In this document: piece after piece, positions 8,654-17,729 of the stretch
Position numbering within the stretch: the first letter of the stretch is position 1
How the letters are laid out: the number at the start of each line of letters is the position of its first letter
Source: a virus
Taxonomy: Duplodnaviria > Caudoviricetes
DNA: 59,132 bases
Reading direction: 5' to 3' (one strand)
IMG/VR virus record: IMGVR_UViG_3300024232_000011
Coordinates: 1-59,132 of that record
Position numbers and translations under genes: made by a program
Notes under the pieces: generated by a model
Told to the model about the DNA's origin: nothing
Database searches by the model: none
The model's input: only the letters and a program-made list of their open reading frames with translations

Positions 8654-8874
8654 AGCGGCCCCGTGGGACGCGTAGGATGGGGCGTCAGCGGGTTTTAGCG
8701 TGCGGCTGGTGGTAGAGAGCGGGAACGCATGATTGGGTGCGTACGGCGCTTCCTATTCGCTCTGGGGCCTATAGGCGCCGCGGCTCTTGGATGGGCGATA
8801 GGGTGGGTGTTGTCGTGGACGACGTGCTGTTGACGCCAGAATGAGGGTACAGCGCGCCAGTGTGCCGCTAACCT

Positions 8875-9083
8875 ACTGCGATCGCTAGCGACATGGCGGA
8901 CGTCGTCTCCGTCGAACGCCGCCGATGTGGGATATCTCGATACAAACGTGCATTTTGTCGGTTGGTAATTGACGCGACAAATCGTTGCCAACGTGTCGAT
9001 TTGGTGTTGACCGACCCGGCCTGCTGACGGTGGTGCGTCGGCTTGCAACGGAGATAGCAGGTTTCGAGTCCTGCCCGCAGCCA
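8875..9083 (+). ncRNA. tRNA-like RNA with a long hairpin replacing the anticodon arm
   Basis: T-arm GCAGG-TTTCGAGT-CCTGC, then CCGCAG-CCA; 5' CTGCG pairs with CGCAG; TCTCCGT/ACGGAGA and further nested helices; intergenic. Confidence 0.65.
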
Positions 9084-9144
9084 CATTCCCCTCGACAACC
9101 AACCGCGCGGTGCGTATTGTAACCGTGGACGTGTGGAGGATTAG

Positions 9145-9360
9145 ATGGGCGCTCAGGGACTCTTAACATGGATTGCGGAAGAGAAGCAGAAACTGGAACG
9201 CTTCACGAATTGGTATTTGGTGATGCGCAACGTAGGAGCGGCAGGAATGTGGCCGCTGTCCATGCCGCCAGCTGACTGGCGCGAGCAGTATCACAGTTAC
9301 CTTTCGTCCGAGGAGCGACCGAGGATCGAAAGTTACGAATGTGGATACGACCGGCCATGA
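9145..9360 (+). CDS. Hypothetical protein
   Basis: GGAGG RBS; ATGA-coupled downstream. Confidence 0.55.
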   Translation: MGAQGLLTWIAEEKQKLERFTNWYLVMRNVGAAGMWPLSMPPADWREQYHSYLSSEERPRIESYECGYDRP

Positions 9361-9674
9361 CCGCCCCAGCCTGGCGTGACATCGCCAGCGCGCCAAGAGA
9401 TGGGACGGAGGTGTTGGTGTATCGCAAGTATCCAACCGGCTACGAACTGATGACGGTGGCTCGCTACTTTGCCGGCAAAGATAACTGGGAGGAGGGTGTT
9501 GGGCTGTATGACATTGAGCCCTCACACTGGATGCCGCTACCGGATCCGCCGGCATCACCATCCAAACTTACGAAGGAATGGTGCATGAGGATGGCCGCGA
9601 TTGAGGGTGACGACGAAGTGGGTGCTGGCTTATTGGCGCGTGACCCGGAGATCGAAGACGAGTCGCCGTCATGA
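9357..9674 (+). CDS. DUF551-like protein
   Basis: WRDIASAPRDGTEVLV...PSHWMPLPDPP. Confidence 0.85.
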   Translation: MTAPAWRDIASAPRDGTEVLVYRKYPTGYELMTVARYFAGKDNWEEGVGLYDIEPSHWMPLPDPPASPSKLTKEWCMRMAAIEGDDEVGAGLLARDPEIEDESPS

Positions 9675-9883
9675 CCACCACAATTCCCCTGACGATCCGC
9701 TTCCAGCCGTCGCTGCACGCATGGCTGACGGTGGAGGCGGCGAGGCTGGAGATCAGCGTGGGGGAGCTGGTGCGGCGGATTACCGACGGGTACCGAGAGC
9801 GGGAAATGGAACGAGAAGTGCGGGCGAATCGACTATGGGCGATGCGCAATGGGTCGGACGAGAAGAGGGAGAAATGGCGGTGA
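9671..9883 (+). CDS. RHH-like protein
   Basis: LTIRFQPSLHAWLTVEAARLEISVGELVRRI. Confidence 0.65.
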   Translation: MTTTIPLTIRFQPSLHAWLTVEAARLEISVGELVRRITDGYREREMEREVRANRLWAMRNGSDEKREKWR

Positions 9884-9986
9884 GTGACGATCCACCGGTC
9901 TGGCAGCAAGTGATCGGCGGCATACTATTGGCGTTTGTCATGGGAACGCTGGCATTTTGGCTGACGGTCAAACTGGGAATATTGAG

Positions 9987-10268
9987 ATGACGCCCACCAT
10001 CCCCGAAGGCACCCGAGGCCACGTCGTCGGCCCCGGCTATCGCGTGACGGCGGAGGTCGTGGAGGTCAGTGCCGCGTCGGTATACGTGCGCTGGCCGTCG
10101 GACGCGGACGTGGAGCGGGTGGCGCTTGCGATGCTGCTCGCACTCGAACTAACGCCACCAGCCGATCCGATATCGTGGTGGCAGATGATGCCGGCAGTAG
10201 AGCGGAATTGGGCCATGATCCAAGCCCGCGCGGCCATTCGCGCGCTGGTCGGGGAGGCGGCGGAGTGA
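9987..10268 (+). CDS. Hypothetical phage protein
   Basis: VERVALAM...QARAAIRAL pattern; coupled ORF. Confidence 0.55.
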   Translation: MTPTIPEGTRGHVVGPGYRVTAEVVEVSAASVYVRWPSDADVERVALAMLLALELTPPADPISWWQMMPAVERNWAMIQARAAIRALVGEAAE

Positions 10269-10597
10269 GCTACGGCATTATTGTGACGTCCAGAGAAATG
10301 CGTTGTAACACTCCGGAACGCACGATAATGACGGAACATGGCACAAAGTTGTGGATTATTTTAGAGCCACAATATGATTGGATTTCATCTGAAATCGTCA
10401 GTGATCCAGAAAAACCGTCACTCTTGCTGAAGACATGGGATACGATGTTGGAAGCGGAATCGTTTGCCAAGAAATGGAAAGGTCATCCGTGGTGGTGCTC
10501 GCCGATTGCATATGACGTTATCGAAGTTGAACCGAGGATAGTGCCACGACAAGAGGGATGGATTGTGCGCCGCTCCCAGCAGGAGAACGGGGGATGA
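10265..10597 (+). CDS. Hypothetical protein (low-GC insert)
   Basis: GTGA-coupled; AT-richer. Confidence 0.5.
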   Translation: MSYGIIVTSREMRCNTPERTIMTEHGTKLWIILEPQYDWISSEIVSDPEKPSLLLKTWDTMLEAESFAKKWKGHPWWCSPIAYDVIEVEPRIVPRQEGWIVRRSQQENGG

Positions 10598-11016
10598 GCA
10601 TCGACGGACCGATTGACGGCGCTGCGGACGCAGGATACGAGGAATGCCTTGTGACCGCATGGTATTCGCCCGAGCAATACAACGCTCTGAGGGAGGAGTT
10701 GGCGGCAGCGCACGCCATGATTGCGAGGTATCCTGAGCACCGAGATCAAGATGCTGCGGCACGGGAGATATTACGTCTCCGCGCCGAGAACGCGCGGCTG
10801 CGGGAGGAGGGTAAGGCACTCCGGTTGATCGTAATTGCGTCGTGGTCACACAATGCAGACGTGGAGAGTTCGATGCGTTCCCTCGGCCTTATTGAGCCGG
10901 GGGAAGATGATTTGCCGGACGTTGGCAAATATGTCGTGAAAAGCCGCTTGGGATGGCGCCTATCAGCTTTAGGCCGAGCGGCGCTGAGCGGGGAAGCGGC
11001 GCCGGAGGGGGTGTGA
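10594..11016 (+). CDS. Hypothetical coiled-coil protein
   Basis: ATGA-coupled; EILRLRAENARLRE. Confidence 0.55.
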   Translation: MSIDGPIDGAADAGYEECLVTAWYSPEQYNALREELAAAHAMIARYPEHRDQDAAAREILRLRAENARLREEGKALRLIVIASWSHNADVESSMRSLGLIEPGEDDLPDVGKYVVKSRLGWRLSALGRAALSGEAAPEGV

Positions 11017-11191
11017 TGGACTGTCCAGTGATGATCTTTGGTGTGCCTCGACCACTTGTTGCGTGGCGGCTTGAAAGCAACCGCCGGCGGCGTTTTCGTG
11101 TTCGAACTGTCGGACATAAACGAGGATTGCGGATTATCAGGCAAACGGGGGGATTTTGGGAACGTCAGTGGTATCTGGAATGGAAGCAACC

Positions 11192-11812
11192 ATGACCGGC
11201 ATCGCCCACCCCGCCAATAGCCCATGGACGCCCGAGCGCATAGCGACGCTCCTCGAATGCTGGCCAGATCTGTCGATTTCTACGGCTGAAATCGGCCGGC
11301 GCGTCAACCTGTCCAAGGCGTCCGTGATCCACAAGGCGCGCCGGCTGAAACTGCCTGGACGCCCGTCGCCGATCAGGAAGGACATGGCGCAGCCCAAGCG
11401 CCCACATCTGGTGCGACCGAAGAGGACAGTGCCGGCTGTGCACACACCGAGCGGCGACAGGCTGTGGAGTGCGGAGGAGGTGGCGTACCTGACGGAGCAC
11501 TGGGGCGAGCGGAGTGTGGCGGAGATCTGCGACCATCTCCAGCGGACGAACTGGAGCGTGGTCAAGAAGGCCAAGGCACTTGGATTGCGCCGGCTTACCC
11601 CGACGAAGAAGGCCAAGGCCCCACCACCCGCGCCCACCCCGTCCTACGTCTCGCGCCGCCCTCACCCGTGCTGCTGGCCGATCGGGCAGCCTGGCACGCG
11701 CGGGTTTCGGTTTTGCGAGGAGGCGGCGGTGTTTGGGAAGAGTTATTGTCCGGTGCATATGACGGGGGCTTACTCGCCGGAAAAGACGCGAGTTTCGGTG
11801 CAAATGGGTTGA
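11192..11812 (+). CDS. gcrA: GcrA-like regulator with a duplicated N-terminal HTH
   Basis: WTPERIATL...STAEIGRRVNLSKASVIHKARRLKL; second WSAEE...SVVKKAKALGL; C-terminal CCWPIG.P...FRFC......SYCPVH. Confidence 0.85.
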   Translation: MTGIAHPANSPWTPERIATLLECWPDLSISTAEIGRRVNLSKASVIHKARRLKLPGRPSPIRKDMAQPKRPHLVRPKRTVPAVHTPSGDRLWSAEEVAYLTEHWGERSVAEICDHLQRTNWSVVKKAKALGLRRLTPTKKAKAPPPAPTPSYVSRRPHPCCWPIGQPGTRGFRFCEEAAVFGKSYCPVHMTGAYSPEKTRVSVQMG

Positions 11813-11880
11813 CAAACCACCACATTTCTGCATTCCCTCCGATGTTCCGGACCAGCTCCGGCTATGGTGTGGAGTAGGGT

Positions 11881-12093
11881 ATGGCCAAGCTCTCGACCAA
11901 GGCGCGGAAGGCGTTGCCGGCCAAGGACTTCGCTGGTGGTGGTCGGTCGTACCCGGTTCCTGATAAGAGCCACGCACGCAATGCGCTGGCGAGAGCGTCG
12001 CAGGCTGTGAATGCGGGACGCATGAGCAAGGGCACCGAGGAAAAGATCGCGGCCAAGGCCCATAAGGTGCTGGGGAAGGGAAAGAAGAAGTGA
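11881..12093 (+). CDS. Small basic protein at the start of the packaging module
   Basis: LPAKDFA...RSYPVPDKSHARNALARASQ; Lys-rich. Confidence 0.8.
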   Translation: MAKLSTKARKALPAKDFAGGGRSYPVPDKSHARNALARASQAVNAGRMSKGTEEKIAAKAHKVLGKGKKK

Positions 12094-12159
12094 TTCCAGG
12101 TCTGATTGATGGTCTGGTTGGCTTCGCCATTTTCCTCGTGATCTGGCCGTATTTCCGTC

Positions 12160-12603
12160 GTGCCTGACGATCCCCCCACCGAGCGCCGCTACGACAAGCG
12201 AGGCCGCGATATTACGGCCTCCATTGCGGCGCATAAGGCCAAGAACCCCAAGCCTGCGAGCGGTACACCGGCTGGAGGCAAAGGATGGGGTGGGCCGGCA
12301 AAGGGATTCGTGCCGAATGAGACGCCAATTCCACCTGTCTCTGGAGCCAGGGACTTGCCGCGTGATCCCGTGACGGGCCGCGTCTTGCCGACGCTGGAAT
12401 CGATGCAGAAGGCTCAGATCGAGGAGGAGTTGAAGGAGTTCTATCTGCGGGTGAAGCGGGATGAAAACGAATCCACGCTCAACCGGCTTGCGGGTGCCGA
12501 CAAGCTGTTCGATCGCACGTCGGGGAAGGCGCCACAGACGTTGCAGGACGGAGATGGCAAGCCGGTGGCGGTGGTTTATCGGTGGGCGCCGGAAAGTGAG
12601 TGA
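12160..12603 (+). CDS. Putative terminase small subunit
   Basis: Position upstream of TerL; C-terminal RLAGADKLFDRTSGKAPQT. Confidence 0.6.
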   Translation: MPDDPPTERRYDKRGRDITASIAAHKAKNPKPASGTPAGGKGWGGPAKGFVPNETPIPPVSGARDLPRDPVTGRVLPTLESMQKAQIEEELKEFYLRVKRDENESTLNRLAGADKLFDRTSGKAPQTLQDGDGKPVAVVYRWAPESE

Positions 12604-12727
12604 TATCAAGCGCCGCACCTTACTTGGACGCATCCAGCGCATTCCGATCTGTTGGCGGCAATGGCGGCGCATTGGACTGCCTTGGCGCGTTTGCTTGCAG
12701 TTTTCGTGGCTGTTGGTGCGTGGATGA
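12596..12727 (+). CDS. Microgene between the putative TerS and TerL
   Basis: Overlaps the TerS stop and is ATGA-coupled to TerL. Confidence 0.45.
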   Translation: MSDIKRRTLLGRIQRIPICWRQWRRIGLPWRVCLQFSWLLVRG

Positions 12728-14112
12728 CTGAGCAGGTCGTCACCCTCCCCTTCCGCCCCCGAGCGTGGCAAGTCCATCTGATCGAGGACACTGCGCCGCG
12801 CATCGTCGCTGTAGTTCATAGACGAGCGGGCAAGTCAACTGCGCTAATGTGGCGCGGCATCCGCAAGGCGCTGACGCACACACGGCATCATCTGGTAGGG
12901 AGAGCCGATCCGAACCGCCGGGGCCGCATGTGGCAGCCGGAGGATGTGGCGCGGTCGCTGCGGTCTGATCCGGTGCGCATCGTTCACACGCTGCCCAATC
13001 AGGTGCAATGGGATCGCACCGGCATGTGGGATCGGTTGTGCCGGGCGGTAGAGGATATCCCGGGCGCTAAGTGCCTCCAGGACAAGCGCCGCGCAGTGTT
13101 CCCGAACGGCGCGGTTTACCAGACCGGCGGCATGGACAACCCCGATTCCTGGCGTGGTGGCTACGCGGACGAAATCATCATCGATGAGTGCGATGACACG
13201 AGCGCCGATGGCCAGGCGATGGCGATTGAGCCCATGTTGGCTGATTTTGAAGGCACGCTTCTACGATCCGGTACGCCAAAAGGACTGGGGCGCTTGCGTT
13301 CGGCCTATGATGACGCAGCAGGTAAGCCGGGGCATTCGCGATACCTGCTGCGCTATACCGATACGAATGTTTTGACACCGGAAGCCATTGCTAGACTTCG
13401 TGCGGAGATGACAGAAGCCGAATTTAATCAAGAACTTCTATGCAGTTTTGATACTCCGAACTCCGGTTCTTATTACGGGCGCCTGCTCCAGGACGCGGAG
13501 ATCGAGGGTCGCGTGTGTGACGTGCCGTTCGATCCTCGCCTGCCAGTCACGACGGCGTGGGATCTTGGCATCGACAACTCCACGAGTATCTGGTTTGCCC
13601 AGATTACCCGCACGGATCAGTGGCGTATCATCGACCACATCAGCGACAGCGGCGCCGGGCTGGAGCACTACATTGCGAAGCTGGACCGGAAGCCGTACAA
13701 GTACGCACGGCATCTGCTGCCGCACGACGTGGAAGTGAACGAGTTGGGCACGGGCCGAAGCCGGCGGGAAATCCTGCAATGGCTGGGGCTGACGAATATT
13801 CAGACCGTGCCGTCCGGGCCGGGTTCGCTGGCGGACGGGATCAACGCGGTGATGATGGTGCTGCCGCAGTGCTGGTTCGATGCCAAGCGATGCGCCAAGG
13901 GACTGAAGTCGCTGGCAGGCTATCGCCGTGAGTGGAACGAAAGCGCGCAGGTTTGGCGGTCAAAGCCGGTCCACGATTGGGCTTCGGACGACGCCGACGC
14001 CTTCAGGATGCTCGCGATCGGGGCGCGGAATGCGGGTGAGTTGCGGCCGAACGACCGTTATGCTCGGGCGTATCGTGCGGATCGGCATCGGGGGAGCGCA
14101 TGGGCGGCATAA
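12724..14112 (+). CDS. terL: Terminase large subunit
   Basis: VHRRAGKST (Walker A), IIIDE (Walker B), GTPKG, AWDLG, PVHDWASDDADAFR nuclease motifs. Confidence 0.95.
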   Translation: MTEQVVTLPFRPRAWQVHLIEDTAPRIVAVVHRRAGKSTALMWRGIRKALTHTRHHLVGRADPNRRGRMWQPEDVARSLRSDPVRIVHTLPNQVQWDRTGMWDRLCRAVEDIPGAKCLQDKRRAVFPNGAVYQTGGMDNPDSWRGGYADEIIIDECDDTSADGQAMAIEPMLADFEGTLLRSGTPKGLGRLRSAYDDAAGKPGHSRYLLRYTDTNVLTPEAIARLRAEMTEAEFNQELLCSFDTPNSGSYYGRLLQDAEIEGRVCDVPFDPRLPVTTAWDLGIDNSTSIWFAQITRTDQWRIIDHISDSGAGLEHYIAKLDRKPYKYARHLLPHDVEVNELGTGRSRREILQWLGLTNIQTVPSGPGSLADGINAVMMVLPQCWFDAKRCAKGLKSLAGYRREWNESAQVWRSKPVHDWASDDADAFRMLAIGARNAGELRPNDRYARAYRADRHRGSAWAA

Positions 14113-14326
14113 TAGAGCGGATGACCGACATCCTCGTGGCAAACCGGTGCTGTGACCGTTATCGCGGAGAGAAGATTGCACGGGCTTTGCTGCGGGCTGC
14201 GTTCGATCCGACAGACGAAATGGTCGAAGCCGGCTGGCAACACACGGGCGACCCATGTTGGAAAGAAAACGCCGTGGATACGTGGCGGGCGATGATCGAG
14301 GTGGCGTTGAAGGAAGGCGTTGAGGC

Positions 14327-14599
14327 ATGATCTCCCGCTCCCATCCCCTCCGCGAGTTCCTTGATTCCCGAGACGCGCGCCGTTTCGAGACGCAGGTCGC
14401 GCTGACCGACTCCCTGTCTCTGGCAGCGCAGCGAACTGCACGAAAATATCGCATGCGACAGCCGGAGGTGCTAGACGGACTGGTTACGGCCCTGGTTAGT
14501 TGCGTGCAGGCGATGGCGCCTGAGACAGAATGGGGCGAAGTCGGTGCGGTGCTGGCGGACGTGATCCAGCGGCGGTTGACGGTGACGGGTGTGAATTAA
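14327..14599 (+). CDS. Hypothetical protein
   Basis: ATGA-coupled ORF in the late operon. Confidence 0.55.
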   Translation: MISRSHPLREFLDSRDARRFETQVALTDSLSLAAQRTARKYRMRQPEVLDGLVTALVSCVQAMAPETEWGEVGAVLADVIQRRLTVTGVN

Positions 14600-14636
14600 C
14601 GGCGCCGACTTGGCGCAGGCAAGAAGGTGCTAGAGC

Positions 14637-15227
14637 ATGGCCAGTCTCGTACAGGGCTTCCCCGCCGGCTTTCCGGGGGTTGGCTTCAGGTCGAACGTCA
14701 ACACGCTCGGCAAGCAGCACGGCGATAACTGGCTGAGCGCCGCGCTCGGCACGTCGTTCTTCGTCACTACGGCGAGCGCTGGCACCACGATCCCGGTCAT
14801 TGCCAGCGGGCTGGTCAGCACGTTCACCCTGTTTAATCCGGCCGCGTCGCCCGTGACGCTGGAACTGATCGACTACGAACTGGCCGTCATCAATGCGACG
14901 ACCGTCGTGTCCGACATTTCGCTCTATTTCCAGAGCGGCGGCGCGGCACTCGCGACCACCACGGCGTTGACGCCGCAATCGGCACAGCTGGGCGTGACCA
15001 CCACGCCGAACGCGTTGGCCTACTCGGCGGCGACGTTCACCAGCACGCTGACCAAAGGGCCGGCGCTGGCGGCGTTCGGCGCCACGACTTACGCCGGGGC
15101 GCAGATCATCCGGTACGCGTTCAACGGCAAGATTCTCGTGCCGCCAGGGACGGCTGTGACGATCGCCGGCAAGGCGGCACAGACGCAGGCCATGCAGCAG
15201 GCGTTTTCGTGGGCGGAGAATAGCTAG
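14637..15227 (+). CDS. Putative virion structural protein (Ala/Thr-rich)
   Basis: Strong GC3 codon bias and composition. Confidence 0.55.
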   Translation: MASLVQGFPAGFPGVGFRSNVNTLGKQHGDNWLSAALGTSFFVTTASAGTTIPVIASGLVSTFTLFNPAASPVTLELIDYELAVINATTVVSDISLYFQSGGAALATTTALTPQSAQLGVTTTPNALAYSAATFTSTLTKGPALAAFGATTYAGAQIIRYAFNGKILVPPGTAVTIAGKAAQTQAMQQAFSWAENS

Positions 15228-15416
15228 GGCTATGGCTGACGAATCGTTCCTAGATAGGCGGGACCGCTACATTCGCCTGCACCACCGCGAGGTGTTCGGA
15301 ACGGATCTCCCAGACGGGCCTGTGAGTCTCGTGAGCACGAACGCTGGAGTTGTGCAAAATGCGACCTTTTCTGCGATTGGCGAGATGCTAGAGGAAGTGC
15401 TCCGGAGGCTCTCCTG

Positions 15417-15926
15417 ATGGCGTGGACCAACCAGGATTTCGGCGAGCCGCCCACGGGATCCATCGTCACGGCGCCCCCGGCCAACGGCGTGGAACTGCTC
15501 GTGCGCCGGCTTACTGTCGTCCGCGTTCCATGTGCGGTGCAACTTCCGGCGCCGATTGGCCATCCCATCGAACTGTGGGTGCTCAACCGGTCAGGCGGCC
15601 TCGTGACGGTCAAGCCCGGCCCGCGCGATCGGATTGAGGACGGCGCGGTCGATGAGCCACTCGACCTAGCGCCGGACGAGGAGTCGTGCTTCTGGCTGAT
15701 CGACGGCACGAATGCTCCATCGCCGCGCACGTGGTGGTCGTCGGTGCAGCGCGTGTTGGCGCCTGACGCAGCCAAGGCAGCACGGGCAGCGGCGACGCAG
15801 GCAGCCGAGCATCAGGCAGTGTTGGCGGCTGCGCAGGCTGAAGCTGAGGAAGCGCGAAAGCGGGCGGTGGCCGAGGCGATTGATGGGGTGATGGCGGCTG
15901 TGGCGCAGTTGAAGGGGACGGGATGA
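15417..15926 (+). CDS. Hypothetical protein
   Basis: GGAGG RBS; TGATG-coupled. Confidence 0.6.
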   Translation: MAWTNQDFGEPPTGSIVTAPPANGVELLVRRLTVVRVPCAVQLPAPIGHPIELWVLNRSGGLVTVKPGPRDRIEDGAVDEPLDLAPDEESCFWLIDGTNAPSPRTWWSSVQRVLAPDAAKAARAAATQAAEHQAVLAAAQAEAEEARKRAVAEAIDGVMAAVAQLKGTG

Positions 15927-16075
15927 TGGCCAGGTACGAGGCTTCCAAAGCCGACATGAAGGCGGACAAGGCTGGGGCCAAGAAGGCCGGCATGTCGGTC
16001 AAGAAGTGGGAGGGATCGAAGGCCGACGACAAGAAGGACAAGATGGCGCGGAAGAAGATGAAGGGGAAGCGCTGA
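15923..16075 (+). CDS. Small Lys-rich protein
   Basis: Manual translation MMARYEASKADMKADKAGAKKAGMSVKKWEGSKADDKKDKMARKKMKGKR. Confidence 0.7.
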   Translation: MMARYEASKADMKADKAGAKKAGMSVKKWEGSKADDKKDKMARKKMKGKR

Positions 16076-16257
16076 TGCCGTGGCCTAGCGGCGCCGGCTT
16101 TGCCAAGAAACACAACAAGAAGCTGAAGGGTGCAGCCGCTGGGAAAGCCGCGCGTCAGGCGACGGCGCTTGTCGGAAAGGGCATGAACGAGGGTGAGGCC
16201 ATCGCGATCGCGAATAAAACAGGCGATAAGGCGATGAAGGGGCGGAAGAAGAAGTGA
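16075..16257 (+). CDS. Small Lys-rich protein
   Basis: MPWPSGAGFAKKHNKKL...EGEAIAIANK; TGATG-coupled. Confidence 0.75.
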   Translation: MPWPSGAGFAKKHNKKLKGAAAGKAARQATALVGKGMNEGEAIAIANKTGDKAMKGRKKK

Positions 16258-16414
16258 CCGAACGCTCCGCATTCGGCGATCCGTTCTGTCCGTGCCAGGA
16301 TGGCTTAGCATGTCATTACGTTGCCATGGACGATAGTCCAGCATGGCGTGCGCCTGACGCGGAGGAAATCACGGAACTAGAGCGCCAGTACACCGAGGCC
16401 ATGAAGGCAACCGC

Positions 16415-16750
16415 ATGAACGCCGGTTGCCGCATCAGTCGCGTTCGGCCGAAGAACAGCCAACTTGCCGAGGTGGTGATCCTGCGCGAACCGAGAGACAA
16501 GGACCGTGAACTGGTTCTTCTTTGGGTCAAAGATACACTTGATCACCACGTCAAGGAACGAAACGTCGCTGGCTTTGCTTTTGCGGTATGGGATGAACGA
16601 AAGCAGGTAAACTGTTTTTTCCAGTCGTGGAGATCTGGAATTTCACCCGCTGAAGGACCTGATTTTGTGCGTCGGGCGCTGATGACGTACTTCATCGACA
16701 AACGGGCTGAGCGCGTTGCTTATGGTCCGGAAGAGGATTGGTCGGCATGA
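16415..16750 (+). CDS. Hypothetical protein
   Basis: ATGA-coupled ORF. Confidence 0.5.
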   Translation: MNAGCRISRVRPKNSQLAEVVILREPRDKDRELVLLWVKDTLDHHVKERNVAGFAFAVWDERKQVNCFFQSWRSGISPAEGPDFVRRALMTYFIDKRAERVAYGPEEDWSA

Positions 16751-16931
16751 GCGCAGGCATTGCCCTCCATGGCTGGGAAGCCTTCAGTGACCCTGCGGAG
16801 GTAATGCCGATCGCAGATTTGCGCCCGCATCTCTTCGGGGAAGAGTGTTGGTGCGTCCCGACATGGGATGAATATGTTCTCGTTCATCACTCTATGGACA
16901 AGCGCGAAGAATACGAGCAAGGGCGGCCTCT

Positions 16932-17729
16932 ATGCTGATGTGCGAGGCTGTGGATGGGCCGCCGCCTGTGTTCTCTAGGGCGCATGCGAAGGAGTGCGGG
17001 GATAGGCGGTACTTCACTGGCAAGCCCTGTCCGCATGGACACATATTCGAGCGCAATGTAAGTGGCGGCGGGTGTTGCGAATGTGCGCGCGTCCGCGCGT
17101 TGGAAACATACCATAAAAACCCAGAAGAATCTCGTGCCCGGGCTGCCGCTTATAGGGCTGCGAACCCTGATAAAGTCAAACAGATGTGGGCGTCATATTA
17201 CGATAGGAACGGCGACTATCTAAAAGAGGCAAGAAAGGAATACCATCGCGATAACCGCGAGGTGCTTCTTGAGAAAATGAAGAAGTGGAAAGCGGCAAAT
17301 AAGGAATTGCTTGCTGCATACCAACGCGAATGGCGGATAGCCAATCGTTGCCATTTGCAGGTTTACAATCGTTCATACAAAACAAAAAACGCGAGGAGCG
17401 TTTCTCAATCCAGTGCTGCATGGCGCGCGGCGAACGCTGATCTTCATGCTCTGTATGAGCGGAATCGGCGTGCGAGATTGCGAAATGCGGAGGGATCCCA
17501 CACCAAGGAAGATGTTGATCGCATTCTCAAGGCGCAACGCTATCGGTGCGCTTATTGCAGATGCAGCATTCGATCAGAGAAGAGGCGCCATATCGATCAC
17601 ATGAAGGCGGTGGTCAATGGCGGATCGAACTTGCCTAGGAATCTCCAGGCGGCCTGCAATACGTGCAATACAAGGAAAGGCAAGAAGTCTCCTGAAGAAT
17701 TTGCTCGTATTATGGGCCTGATCGTATGA
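16932..17729 (+). CDS. Free-standing HNH homing endonuclease
   Basis: YFTGKPCPHGH...CCEC N-terminal domain, helical repeats, CAYC...HIDH...GGSN...NLQAACNTCN. Confidence 0.92.
   Translation: MLMCEAVDGPPPVFSRAHAKECGDRRYFTGKPCPHGHIFERNVSGGGCCECARVRALETYHKNPEESRARAAAYRAANPDKVKQMWASYYDRNGDYLKEARKEYHRDNREVLLEKMKKWKAANKELLAAYQREWRIANRCHLQVYNRSYKTKNARSVSQSSAAWRAANADLHALYERNRRARLRNAEGSHTKEDVDRILKAQRYRCAYCRCSIRSEKRRHIDHMKAVVNGGSNLPRNLQAACNTCNTRKGKKSPEEFARIMGLIV

Noticed and set aside
8875-9083. Canonical tRNA, tmRNA or group I intron-containing tRNA
   Set aside because: 8-nt T-loop, imperfect acceptor stem and no anticodon loop; too short for tmRNA; no group I core recognised.
12870-12975. Intein in the terminase ATPase domain
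   Set aside because: The extra segment is only ~30 aa and lacks C/S...HN splice motifs.
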